Assembly (NCBI GenBank): GCA_000708835.1 | Contig: DF237177.1 | Span: 1-64,000, forward strand | DNA from: Klebsormidium nitens | Lineage: Eukaryota > Plantae > Klebsormidiophyceae | DNA: 64,000 nucleotides | Direction of reading: 5' to 3' | In this document: piece after piece, positions 21,126 through 34,200 of the stretch | How the letters are laid out: every line of letters starts with the position of its first letter | Numbering within the stretch: position 1 is the stretch's first letter | Notes under the pieces: model-generated | What the model was told of the DNA's origin: nothing | The model's input: the letters and a program-made list of their open reading frames with translations, nothing else | Databases searched by the model: none | Program-made: the position numbers and the translations under genes

Positions 21126-21766
21126 GAATAATCGTTTATTCGCCAAGCTTCTGCGCGTACGTCTGGTGAGTACCAAGTTCCCAAGCTCTAACATGCGCAA
21201 AGACATTCTATAGCACTAGAAACCATACAATAGTCATGTGCGCGCAGAAACATCTAGCTTTAAAAACCGTAGACATGCGTATGAGTTGCAAGCAATCGGC
21301 AAAGCTGACGCGGCCGCCCGGCATTGGTGGAGCAGTTAATCTAGGCTGCCAGGCAGATGTGTATTAAACTCTAAAGACATGTAGATTTAGATGGTCAGTA
21401 ACAAGCCTATAACAAGCTTGTACGCGAGCTCGTACAGACCTTGACCATCGAATATTGATACGTGTCACCGGGTCGGGCCAAATGCTGTCAGAGTCATCGT
21501 TTGCCGTACCCACGCAATCGGAAACCAAAAGATCTTTGCATCTTGATACAAGTTGACCGTCCGATCCTCCTGATGTCGTTGTCGAGTTCACGTATCCATG
21601 AAAATGTCTCCAGGTTTATTGCTTGCCAGCCAAAGATCATCCTTCCCAATGTAGAACGTCCTTTCAATGTAGAACGTCGCTTGAGGAGTTTTTCAGATCA
21701 TGTGTTGATAACAAGCTACAAAAGTCCACCAGCAGTCAACGAGATGGGTGGTTCTAAGTTGCTTCT

Positions 21767-24023
21767 TCACGATAAATCCTTTTTGTCTACTGGCTTCTTA
21801 GGTTCTTTCGATGTGCATGGCTTTTCTCCTTTGCATACGCTTTTATGACCTGCTTTCCAGGCGCTCTTCTGGCACTCTGCAATAAAAGGTAAAGGACGTA
21901 GATTGAGGCCTGTTTGAATGCTGACCCTGGCTGCAGGACCAGCTTCTAAACTAAGGCCATGCATCTCTCTCGCGGCAAGTGTCGAGACAACAACTTCGAC
22001 GATCTGGCAATGGCTGTACGAGTGTGATTCAGGAAGACGTAACGAACGAAGCGTGGAGAGATCAATCAAAGCACAAAGAGAAGAGTGCGAACATTGAAAG
22101 AAAGCAGGCAGTGACGCCATACCAGAACATGCCGTGAGGTTTTGGTAGCTCCCTACTGAACGTCAGCAAGTCAGCTGAGTATGTACGAGATCTGTACGGT
22201 CGACCTAAAGGGCCTGAGAGAACATTCTTATCACTAAGAAAGACGGCAATCTGTACTCGAAGGCAGTTCGCCGATGGAAAATATAATCTTAAAAGCCACA
22301 GCCAACCATCCACGAAACCTCAAGCTCAAAACTTCGCGACAAAGACGTTGAGGTTCAAAACTTCGCACCAAGGACGCATTGAACATTCTCAAGCTCAACC
22401 TATGCACCTATGCTCAATCAGAGCGGCCTTTGGATATTACCTCTGCAGCAGTACACAGCGAGCCGGCAGGCCGCACACACCCGGAACTCCCCTGGGCTGG
22501 TCTCCGCCTTTTCACACCCTGGTGCTGAACATTTCCTCTCTCTTGTTGTTCCCGCCACCTGGAGACCACTCTTCCGTGATCTTTTCAAGACGATTGACCT
22601 CGTCGAATTCGAAGCGTCAGCATTATTTCGAAAGTAAACGGCCCACTTTCCTCCTGCCGAGAAAAGATTCCTCGGAGTTGCTCTGCTCTCTTCTGCGCTG
22701 CCGGATCTTTCAGAGCCTCCTTTTCTATCTCTGCTCGCAGCTTTTGTAAGTCCCAGACACCGCTAGGGTCAGTGACCAGGGGAAGAGCAGGTCCCAAACA
22801 GGCAGCAATCTTCAGCATGAGCAGATGGTCTCCACCAGAGCTTAGTTGCTCAGGACAGAGCGCCAGGGCAAGAACTGCAGATTTAAGTGCAGCGGAACTA
22901 GATCGAAACCCTAAGGGCCACGGCTTTGGGGCAATGGTCTGGCCTTCGGCTAGCTTCCGAAGAAGCTCTATCGTCCATAAGATTGGAATCTTGTCGTTGG
23001 AGACTAAGAGTAACTTGGCTGCAAACTGCAAAGAATCCGCTTCCAGTAAAGCTAGCGAAGCTTTGTCGGCGAACGGCTGAAGAGTGTGCACCAGGCATGC
23101 TGCACAATCGAGGACGTCCAATCTCGAGTATCCTTGCGTTCCACCCAAAAGGTCCATCGTTGCAGCGTGCTGCATCACAGCAGAGAGAAACTTGGTGTCT
23201 TGGCCAAGGTTCTTGCAGATCGTGTTGCTGGCCATGCAGATTTCTGGCAGGTTGGAGATCAGTGCGTCCATTATCTGGTCCTTCATGAACTCAAGGTTTC
23301 GGTCCGTGCATGCGTGAGCTCTTCGGAAAATGGCCTTCAGAAAGTGCAGGAGGCGGGGCGAATGCTTCGTCATGTATCTGATTGTGCGCGCATCGGCCGC
23401 AAGCGCTAGGAACGCCGTCAGGTACACCGAGGGCTTCCAGAGAACAGGAATGTCGCCTTTGAAACGCCTTCTGTCTTTTGCCCTTGGAAGCACCACCCAG
23501 GATCCCGAGACGCATTCTTCCAGCCCTGTTGTTATGACCTTCAAGAAGCCTCTTTCCAGTATGAATGCAGCCACGTGGGCCAGGCTACCTGTGGATTCCG
23601 CAACGTAGCTGTGGATTATGGTATCCTTGAAACGTCTGACTGCCGTGACTCTTGTTATCTCGTCTTCTGATTGCGCCTCCGCCAAGATGCTCTGGAGCAC
23701 CTCCGATTCCTCAGGCTTGAGCAGGTCGATTTCGCCCCACTGTCGAGGAAACGGGGCATCGGCCATGCCGTCAACCCCCTGCTTGTCCACGATCGAGCAC
23801 CCCGGATTTTATGAACGCTAAATCATCCTCTCCGTTCTCCAATCCTTTCTTTTCCGCGCCTTGTCTTCTGACACCAAGTCGAACTCTTGCTGGTGCTTTT
23901 CTCAAACAGAAGCGCTACCTTCTTTGGGGAAAAACTGAAGCTTACGTCATTCGCGTAGTATGATGCAGGCCAGCCTCCACAGTCTTGGTCGAGCTCATCA
24001 TCGGGTCTTGATGTTACGTACAT
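21767..24023 (-). CDS. MYND-type zinc finger protein (large helical N-terminal region plus C-terminal MYND)
   Basis: Probable exon 1 24023-23946 (GAC|GTAAGC), long exon within ORF 23790-22585, MYND exon ending 22441 and last exon 21876-21767. These give CSAPGC...CAAC...YCCRECQKSAWKAGHKSVC. The frame junction near 22560-22780 is unresolved. Confidence 0.75.
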
Positions 24024-25235
24024 TTTTCCTTCTCCGCAATCTTTTCCAGAGACGAGACTGCGTTGCGCTAGTCGCTGATTAGCAAGCTTGCATGCATGCA
24101 GCTTTGATCCTTTCGAGATCGCAAAGTTGGCCAAGTAGTGATGCGCCTGACTGAGAAGGGCTGATAAGGCTGCTGGCCGATCATGCTTCTGGCAAGCAGA
24201 TAGACAGAGACAGATGTTCAAGACAGTAGGAAGTATCGGTTGTCCCAATGCCAGTGGCGCAAAGATAATTATCATTTTGGAAGGGGTCGGATGGCAGTTG
24301 CTGATCTGGCAGCAAGGTCGACCAGAGCATGCTAGGGATACCGTACACTCTTAACAGCAGCATAAGATGGTGCCAGCCAACTAATTCCAATAGCTAGCGC
24401 AGGCGCACGCATCTCATGTACTCTCATCTTTGACCACCTTCTTCAAGATACCAGCAACATTGCGTGGTTCTCATTTAGTCTCTTGACTCAATGCTCCTTG
24501 ATCGTTCTGCCAGATCGGTCACGGCTCAGCAACATTGCCCTAACTTCGCGACCATTAATCATGTCGAGTCATGCAATTGGCAAGCTCTTCCACCACTATT
24601 CAGGAGCTACCAACTTGAGTCATGCTTCATCTCACTCAAACTGTACGGGCCCATCATTGTCAACAACTGTGTGTGCTACTGTACAATAAGCTGCATGGCA
24701 TGCCTGCCGTTATGAGTCGCCGCAGATGCCACGCCGCGCGTATTCGGCAGAGAAGAAAGAACGTCGGTGCACGTCGAGCGCAGATTCGACATGCCACTGA
24801 GAGTACAGTGCCGGGCATGAGTAATCGAACCGGAAGATGATACCCACTGCAATTGCAGGTGCCAGTGAACATCATCGTCCATGTATGCTTCAACCAAAAG
24901 ATGGTTGCAATAACTTTGCATGAAGAATCATGCATTACAATGTCTAACAAGCTGGCCGCCATAGTTGCCGTACGTCCCACGGTCTAGCAGTCTATAATAG
25001 GAAGGGAAGGTAGTCAATGGATACCTCCAAGGGTGAGCAATACAGATCGAGTAAGTGGCTGCGTTGTCGGAGCTTGCTCTGCCTTTGCATAGCGCGTGCG
25101 TCAACCAGATTCGCTTTACCGCTGCTGTCTCCTTATTGCAGTGCTGTAGTCAACCCGTTTGTCGTGTGCTATAATCAATCAGTTTGGAGTCTTTTCTTCG
25201 ATGAAGTAGAAGCTAGAACAACGCACAGTCTGCTG

Positions 25236-28200
25236 TCATCTTCTTTCGACATATACAGCCCAGCTGTACTTGGGGACGACAAAAGTTCCCGAATCGGAGT
25301 TCCATGACGCCGACTCGAGCACAGGGTCGTTGGACTCGGCCTGCAGAGCGAAAGAAGCAGGCTGAGCTCGCATGTTTCAATCAAGCTTCTTCAGGAAAAT
25401 AGTTCCTCACGAGAAAGCTATAACTGGGCACTGGCGCGCGGACTGTACGACGGCTTTGGAGTTCGGAGTGAGGACAGAGTCTTACGAGAGAGGGTGTCTG
25501 ATAGAAAGACCACAATCTGTCATTATAATAGCGAAGCATCAATACGGGCAATTGAAGCGCGCAAGCTGCGCTGCAATCAATCCGGTAGTGCTAGAAAGGC
25601 GCGATCAGCGCTGCAAAAAAGCATGCAAGACGCAAGCAATCTCCGAACCACAGTTTTGCCGAGGTGGCCGAGGCCGCTTTACCCACACTATATGGGACCC
25701 TAGAGTGTTCCACAGTTCTGAGAGCGAGTGTCACGTACCTGAGTGGGATGCAACCGGAAAGCGTGTCCTTGCAAACCCTCAATCTGCTTCTCATACGCGT
25801 CGGCAGACGCGTTGAAGACCAGCAAAGCATGCTTGAAGCTGCACGAACGAGTCACAGCGTTAATGACACCTTTCGTTGTCACAGAACAGAAGATGTGTCG
25901 TGGGTCTTGGGAGTGCGAAACGTCGAAAACGGTCTCTATTGCAAATACAATTTCCTTCCTGCTTTCCGCTTCTTCAAGCGCGAGTTTCAGTACAAACGCC
26001 AGTAACCAGCGACAGAGTTGGGACCCCTCTCATTTCCCAGAGCAAGGGAAGGAAAGCACGCCTTGCTGAACAACGAAAAGCACTCAAAAGGAGTGGAAAG
26101 CAACTTTTAGGCCCAAAGCATTCGACTTCAACGCTGAGCGGCCCACTTACTTGTCGCAGACCGGCTCCGAGTCCCCGCCGTTGATGCCCATGACAATCAC
26201 GCCGGGGGTGGCGCTTGGACCGCAGTCGTAGAAGGTGACGCGTTCCTGTTGAGACGAGTTTGATAGTTTGTGTTGGGATTGAGAAAAGCAGACTCGTTTG
26301 AAGATTGCAGTTGTGAATCCCTAGCAAGCTTCGCAGGCAAGGAACGATTGGAGGAGCGGTGTTACTGAACTCACTGCAGATTGGTATCGCAATCGTTGAG
26401 TGAACCTTAAACAGGAGCTGAAGGTGAAACGCACCCTCTCGGAAAGAACCAGTTCTTCTCGAGTAGAATCCACGCTTTGAACCCTGGATCCTAAAAGGTC
26501 AGCTTTTCGAAGGTGGGTGAAAGCAAAGATTTGAGAAGCCTGCCACTTACTTGGATCGCTGCTGCGGAGCCAAGACGGAACAGCGGGGAAGAGTATCGGA
26601 CGGCCAGCAGGTTGCGCAGGTTGGATCGTGCGGCCAGGATGTGCTCCTTGGTGGGCTTGAGGGAGGGGTCAGCGAGCAACGGCCGCATGCTGGCAAGATA
26701 ACAGCGAGACTTGATATTCAAAATAGAGACTCAATTTTGAACCAAAGCGTACAGACTAGCGCCTCTTTCTCTGCATGTTAGGTGGACGGAGTCATGTATC
26801 GGGTCGACTTCGGCAAAGCGGGGGTGAGGGAGCAACCGTGACTCGGCCGCAGCTCACTTTACTGGCACTAAAGATAGCGGACGTGCGCTCCATAATGACA
26901 GCGGATTTTGCGCCTTGTCCACAGAAGACGATACGTCAATGGAGACGACTTTCAGAAACTTGGAATTGCTCAGAGTCCTTCTTCCCGTCTTCCTCTGGCC
27001 GGTCTGAAAAAGAAGGGATAAGCGAAGTATCGATTTCAATAATATGATAAATCAGGCCTCTGATGCCGCGCTCTTCTTCCTGGTTTTCTGCAGACAGAAC
27101 GCGACGGAAACCGAGTGCAAGCCACTCACATGTCCCACTTCTCGCCGTTCTTCTCTCTCGGAGGCAGGCCTACGCCAAAGTTGTTACTCTCGTACGACCA
27201 GTCAAGGCGGTTGAACCAGTCGCCGGAGTTGTAACTGTCACGATCCAAGGACTTAGAGCGGAGGGTGTCGTCGCCGGCATGGAAGAAAGGGATGCCCTGG
27301 ACGGAAGCAGAGGGGAAAAATGACGGTTGCGTAGTATTGCTTCACAACGGCTTGAGTGAACCAAAGCCGGATGAATCAAGGAATATCTTTGAACCTGTTT
27401 CCAATCGGCGGGCTTCTTCATATCACTGTAGAGTACTTTTGATGGGCCCCATTTCGGATGTGTCTGCTTGGACAGATGTAAATGCGTCCTGAGCACAAAG
27501 CTCGATTCACGGTAGTCCGGTTGCCTGCGGTGACGATGGGCCTGGCGGCTTTCGGGAGCCTTACGTCCAAGAAGCGTAGCGACCTTTCTTGTGTCTGGGT
27601 AGCTCTAAATAAATTGCTAAATGATAAGCAAAGGTCTGGGGGCCATTCGACCACTTATAACTTGATGACGTGACTGCAGACTGACGCCTCGGCGCAGTCG
27701 GAAACGGCTCGCGCGACATCACTGATGACGTGCTACGTGAGTCACCACTGCACTCAGTCAAAGTGCCCATTCACATTACCCCGGGGCCCTCACCTGGGAG
27801 AGTGCAATGATGCTGGTTGCTAGGTGGTTCAGTCGCAGGCGCTCGTCCAGCGTCACTCCCCGCGCGACCTTGAGCATGATGATGTCAAACAGCGTCTCGT
27901 TGTCGTGTGCGGATGCGTAGTTGATCTTGCAGAGAGAGAGAGAAAGCTGTCAAGAGATGCAATTGTTATATCAATTGCCGGCAGATCGACCACGGTCGAA
28001 TTCTGGGACAGTGGAGAAGGGCAGAAAGATGCGTAGAAGAGGCGTTGGGAGGCCAGATATTGTTTTCTCTCGGCCCCCTCTCTCTAATGTGGAGTTTTCT
28101 GGAGCCAAGCAAATCGTTATAGTCCTCTTCTGACCAGCCAACAGTGATTCGTAGCTCGTAAGTACTGCCTCAAACCGGAACCTGGTGCCGTTCACGCAGA

Positions 28201-31200
28201 GAAAGCGAGCGGAGGGGAAGAAAAAGAGAGACAAAAACCTTGCCAATCGTACAAAAAATGGTGTAATAACATGTTTGTGTTGACATCAGTCGAGCGCCGG
28301 CCTCACCACTTCGTCTGGGCTCGCCGTGTATCCGACGGGGTCCCCTCCGTTGCCAAATACCTGATCGCCACGTTTCTGCAACACAGGTAATTGAGATCAA
28401 TCATTGTCACCTTGTGCCGCTGTGGCCGAAGCCTTGTACAAAAATCAGGAGGAAAGAAAGATATGTGGAAATACGTTTGGATGATGGACAGGCAACGACA
28501 TCCCGCTTCCATGGTTGCGACGAAGCGAGAGTGACGTTGGTCTACGTCAGACTGCGGGGTGGGGTTTCAGGACCGCCGGATCTCAACATCAAGCTGGCCC
28601 CTTGTGCATTCAGAATAATACGGACTGGTTGCGGACGTCCGTTGCTTTCCGCGAACGCACGGAACAATTGGCGGACGGTTATGTAAATGTGCGGACATCC
28701 CTCCGAACAGGCAGATTACTATAGGCTCCGCGGACGTTCGGGGTGATCTCAGAGGGGCAACAGAACTTTGCGGGCGTCCTCATACTGCCAGCCCCTCACC
28801 TCTTCTCCCGTGTAGGACGTGAACGAGTAGCTCGCCAAATTGCCCACCAGACCGACCTGCGGAGCGTGCTCGACCACGTAAGCATGACGTCAGCAGAGCT
28901 GCGCTTTGCCAGTACTCTCCTTGACGTGTTTGAAACTCGCTTGAACTTGAAAGCCCAAAAGCCCTTTGAGCTGTTTGTTTGTGACAAAGGGCAGTGACTT
29001 TGTTGCTTCAAAACCACTAATCCTTGCCGCACAAATTTCCGCTCATTTTTTACTGCTCTCCTGATGTTTCTGAAGAAACTTGCTCCATAGCGTGTATGCC
29101 CGCTTCCTCTCCTTCCAAGCCCAATCAACGGTCTTGAGTACTCAAACAATCAAATGTCAGTCTTCTTTCCTCGTTGCGCCTATTGACTCGCTAACGTTAA
29201 ACCCTACCTTCAAGTGGGTAAGAAGAATTTCTGATGCACGAAAAGCTTGCTTCTGGCAAATCCCCCACCTTGATCCAGTCCGTCTGCGACTGGAGCCCCT
29301 CCCGCTGCCCATCCGCGCTCCCCTGATCAAGCTCATTTGGCTGCATAACGTCAGCGTGACGTCAGCAAAGCCAGCCGAGCGTTTTCACGCAGCTCTGCAC
29401 GGGGCTGTTGGGCTCGTGGATAAAGCGAGGGCCGGCATCAAAGGAATCGGGCGAGCACAACAGGACAGCCCCAAAATATGCTACCCTCGCTGAAATTGTG
29501 GTTATTTATTTCATTCACTTTGTTAGATGGATTTTCGGAACACAAATACCCTCTGTCGACGGGCAGCGGATCCACGGAACTCTCAAAAGGAGGCCTGATC
29601 TTATTGATCTGCTTTCAGAAGGCTCACTCGCAGGTAGAGCCCCGTCAAGTAGCCCTGCGCCTGGATGTCGCCGAACGGCGAACCGCCCATGATACCATCT
29701 CGTATCCGGTCGTTGAAGCTGCAGAAGAAGGACATTCAGACTCAGCCTCCGTGAACTTGAACCCCGAGAATATGAGAAATGTTCAATTCATTCTTATGCA
29801 CCAGGCAAGGAGGACAGGCGACGCCTTTGCCTCAGCAAGCAATGACAAAAAATGGTCTCACCCATCGGACTAGGGTAAGAAACGGTCGTCTGCATTATAT
29901 GGGGTCTGGCTAATCAAAGCGTGGACCCTCCCACAAGGCTGACTAGCTCATACGAGAACAGCGACTCCGTAGTCTACTCGAGGCGGGAGGCCTCTCTTAC
30001 AGATACTTCATATTACTTCTCTTACAATCACTTCATATTACTCCCTTCTACAAGTTACTGCTCGGCTCTTTCCGCCATGTTTCCAAAGGTAACGACTTGG
30101 AGCAACGCATTTCGATTATGGACCCTCAGCGTATGTTCTGAAAGCAATCCAAAGAAGTCTCACCTCCCAATGCCCGTCCCGGCCAAATTGAGCTGCGCAG
30201 CATTGACGCCCCGGCTGTTTCCCGCCACCTCCCCGAAGTTCCACCCTTCGCCGTACAGGTAAATATTTGCCCCATCGACTCCGTCTTTCTCGGCGGTCAA
30301 GCTCCGCAGCGCGTCACGTGCCCGGAGCATCGTGTCCTTCATGATGTGGCCCATCAGGTCGAAGCGGAATCCGTCCACCTAAACGGAACGGAGCACATGC
30401 GTTATGAAACTAGACACAATCCGGGCTTTGAAAGCCTGTATGTGAGACTTTTGGGGTGTAGCAGTCCGACCCGACCGTACGAATAGGCAGAAAAACGATT
30501 GCAATCCACGGAGTTTGAAAGCGGTTGGGACAAAGCTTGGCAACAGACGGCGCCGTTCTGATGCATTCAGAGGGCCTTCGGGACGCGTTTGGACGCCTTA
30601 TGGATGCCATTGAACCTCAATAGGACCGTATTCGGACGGTTGTTGGACGGTTTCGGACGGTTCGGTCGCGGTTGGACACGTTACAGCGGCTTTGGGCTAC
30701 GTTCGGACGGTATTCGGACGCAGTTGGACTCTTTCCGGGTGAATTTGGATTACGTTCCGACGGTATTTGCACGCCTTCGGACATTTTTCGGGGGTTTCAG
30801 GATACGTTCGGACGGCTTGTGGACGCGCGCCCCTCACCTTATACTGCGTGGCCCAGTGCAGCAGGTCGTCCACGATGAAGCGTCCGAACATGTAGTGCTC
30901 GCTCGCGGTGTTGTTCATGCACGTGCTGTTCTCGATCTGGCCGTCCAGGTTGCGCCGCACGTAGTAGCCGGGAACGATCTAAGGAACAACATAAAAGGTG
31001 TTGCTCAAATCAGCAACTGTAGTCTTAATCCTGTTGAAAACAAAGACAGCAGCACTTGTTCGTCCTGGTGATACATAGTTGGTTGATCTGAGTGCGATTG
31101 CTTACCATAAGGAATGCAAGAAAAGCAAGGTCTTGCACCCTCATGACGACGATAGTAGTGGTTGCGCTTGCATCTTACAGGTAATTGCAAACGGTGACTG

Positions 31201-34200
31201 TCTCATTTCTGCCAGCGGCAAGACAAGCAGGAGAGACGTTTTTCGGAGGAGGAAAGCATCGACTAGAATAGGGCACAAAAAGGACGACACGCGCTGCATA
31301 CCTTGTCGAAGTTTGATTGCACGCTCTCGGGCCCGGTGGAGAACACGTGGTTGTAGACGACGTCCAAAACGACTCGCAGCCCCAGCCGGTTGATGCCCTG
31401 AGAGAAGCACCAGGCACTGGAGCTGATCAGAATGCGGATGAGGCCTGAGCGTAGCTCGACTAGCCCACCAGCGCTTTCATCTGAAGCCCGACCGTCGTGG
31501 AAAGCAGCGACGCACTCAAGTTTAGCAAAAGATATCCATCCTTGCCCTGAAGCAAGAAGCATCTGTGGCATAAGAAGACGAGATTGGAAAGCGGAGACTC
31601 GACTTGAGGACTTCTAAACCGCCCTTGAATAACGGCTTAGACGCTCGGAGAGGGTACACATTCTTCTCAGATGCTGCGAGACATTCTTTCGCCTTCAAGT
31701 CGCACATCTTTTCCAAATGTAGAGGAGGCCCAGCAGAAGAGGCAAAAGCAGGGCTTAATACAAGAGCAAAACCAGGGGGTCTTCCCCCCGAAGGTTACGG
31801 TGCCAACTTGGGATGGATACCGCATTCTGCGCAAGCGTGAAGATATAGCACAGGGAACTGCATTCGTGGACCCACCTGTACCATCTTTCTGAACTCCAAG
31901 ATCCTGGCCGTGCCGTCCGGATCGGACGCGTAGCTGCCGTCCGGCACGCCGTAGTGGACCGGGTCATACCTGCAAGTGTCATCGAGAGCCAGGGTTATGG
32001 AATCTCGTTAAAATAACGAGGATACGCGTCTGCTGTCCGGCACGCCGTAGTGGACCGGGTCATGATTGCAGGGGTCATCAGGAACCAGGGTTACGTCACA
32101 TGGATATGAGTAAGAAGAGAGTTGTACCGGTAAAGTCTCGCTTTCACCCTGCTAAGGTTCTCTTCCCGACCAGCCACAAGATTGGCAAACATTCTGATCA
32201 GTTACTGGTGTCGACTTTTGAGACGTTCCCTTTGGAGAAAGGTCAACCTTCGAAAGGGAAGCAGACAACAAAAAAGTGCAAAGTGTTGCAGGCTTGAAGT
32301 GTTCATTATTGGGAGCTGTGATTGTCGGTCCAACACAGCCGCTAAGCTGGTGCCACCCAATCGAGTCAAGTCCAACTTCTCGAATATAAGCACCAGACCT
32401 TGGAACTCCTAAGCTTTGCGTATTCGGACATCGGTCTCACCCCCTGACAAAAGCCTAACTTCGTAAGTCAACATTCGGGTATTTCCCTCACCCCCAGTTA
32501 AAGCCGTCCGCGTTTTGGATCGCCGTCACGGCCGCCTGCTGCTCCTCTCCGTCTGGGGCGTAGCCAGCCAGGTCGCCCGGCGACTGCCACGTGTCCTTAT
32601 CCTCGTTGACGGAGCCGAAATCGTACGATGGCAGGAGGTGCAGGTGCGTCAAACCCGCGTCGGCGAGGCTCTTGAGGTGCGCAGTGCCGGCGGTGCCCTG
32701 AGGGAGAGTCAAGCGGGTTTTACGGGGTGCTCATGTTCTTCCGAGGACGACAATAGCCGAGGCATCGACTGCGAAGTTGCCTTTTTGCTAAAAGGGAATT
32801 TGGTAAACAGGGCGGACGGGAAGCTTAGCGCAGAGGATAGCTGTCTTCTTTTAGCTCTGCCTCTTCAAGCGAGCCGAAGGATTTATTCTAGGAACCGCCA
32901 TGGAAATTCGAGGAGATTTCAAGGAGGTACACTTACAGTTCGTCGAAGTAGTGCCCAGATTAAATACCTCTACTCCGAAACCACTTCTTTTCGCCGTGTG
33001 TTCGCACGATCAATCCTTCCAAGGAGGTCCTCTGAACACTCTCTTGTCATAGATCCCATTTCAAAGCCCTCTTTACCACCTTTTCGAACAGTCGCAAAAA
33101 AGCCAGTTCCAGCGATCGGATTGTAACACCCACCTCCTCTGCAAATGCCAGGTACCCCCCTCGGACCGCCGGGCCTACAGTCTCGTCGGACGCACTAAAG
33201 TCTCGCACGTGCAGCTCGTAAATGGAGATGTCCTTGAATGCCGTCAGGGGGGGTTTTTCGCTGGCGAGCGACCCCCACCCGGAGGGCTTGAGCGCGTCGG
33301 AGGTGACGTCAGCGATCTGGGAGCGCTCTCCGTTTGCTGACAGACTGCGGATGAAAAGGGCTGCAATTCAGGAGGGCAAAAGGCACCACCAGTGTCGTGG
33401 TACTGTGATATCTCAGCGACGATTTGGTGGTCTTGATGTAATCTTAGAAGCTATCACAGATGAGGTATCGAGCCACTATGAGGCGATATTAGGTCCCGTT
33501 TCTGCTCGCGGCTCTTCACCCCGTTCCGAGCTGCTCTCTGCAGCAATGAGCAGAGTAGAAACCGAAACCTCCATGCTTCTTGCCAGTTTCCTCCATCTTG
33601 CAGCCAGAGAGGATCGGTCATAATATGGAGGTCTTTACCTGCATTCTCTTCGTACATGCCTCATGAGGTCCGCCTCTTTCCTTGAAATTGCCAACGCGTT
33701 CACATTTTCACTGTCCCATGTGACTGCTTTTGTCTTACCTTCTCGAGTAAGGATCGGTCGAGAGGCTCGTCTCGATCCTGTTCGTCCACGGGCAGAACAC
33801 CGTGACCTCGTAGTGGAAGTAGAGGCCCTCCCAATCTTTCCTTGGGCCCGTGACAGACCAGACGCCAGACTCGTTGTCTTCCATGGGGACTGTTGACAGG
33901 GCCTCATCGCCCTTCGGCTCTTTGTACAAAACAAGACGCACAGACTGCACCCAGTAAGACAGCGCTGTTTGTTCACAAATCCCAAGCTTCTTCCGTTGCA
34001 CATTCGCAATTGTCTGTTTTTTCCGCGATTGTTACCAGAGGAGACGTTGTGAGGGGCTATTTGAGGCGCTGTGCGGAAGCGGTTGCGAGCACTTTGGAGG
34101 GCAGAACTGAGGTGGCGACTTTGAGGCTCCACATAAAAGAAGATGCTCTGTTGAGGCAGAAGCTTCGCGGTAGGCGACTCCGCATACACATGGACCAGCG

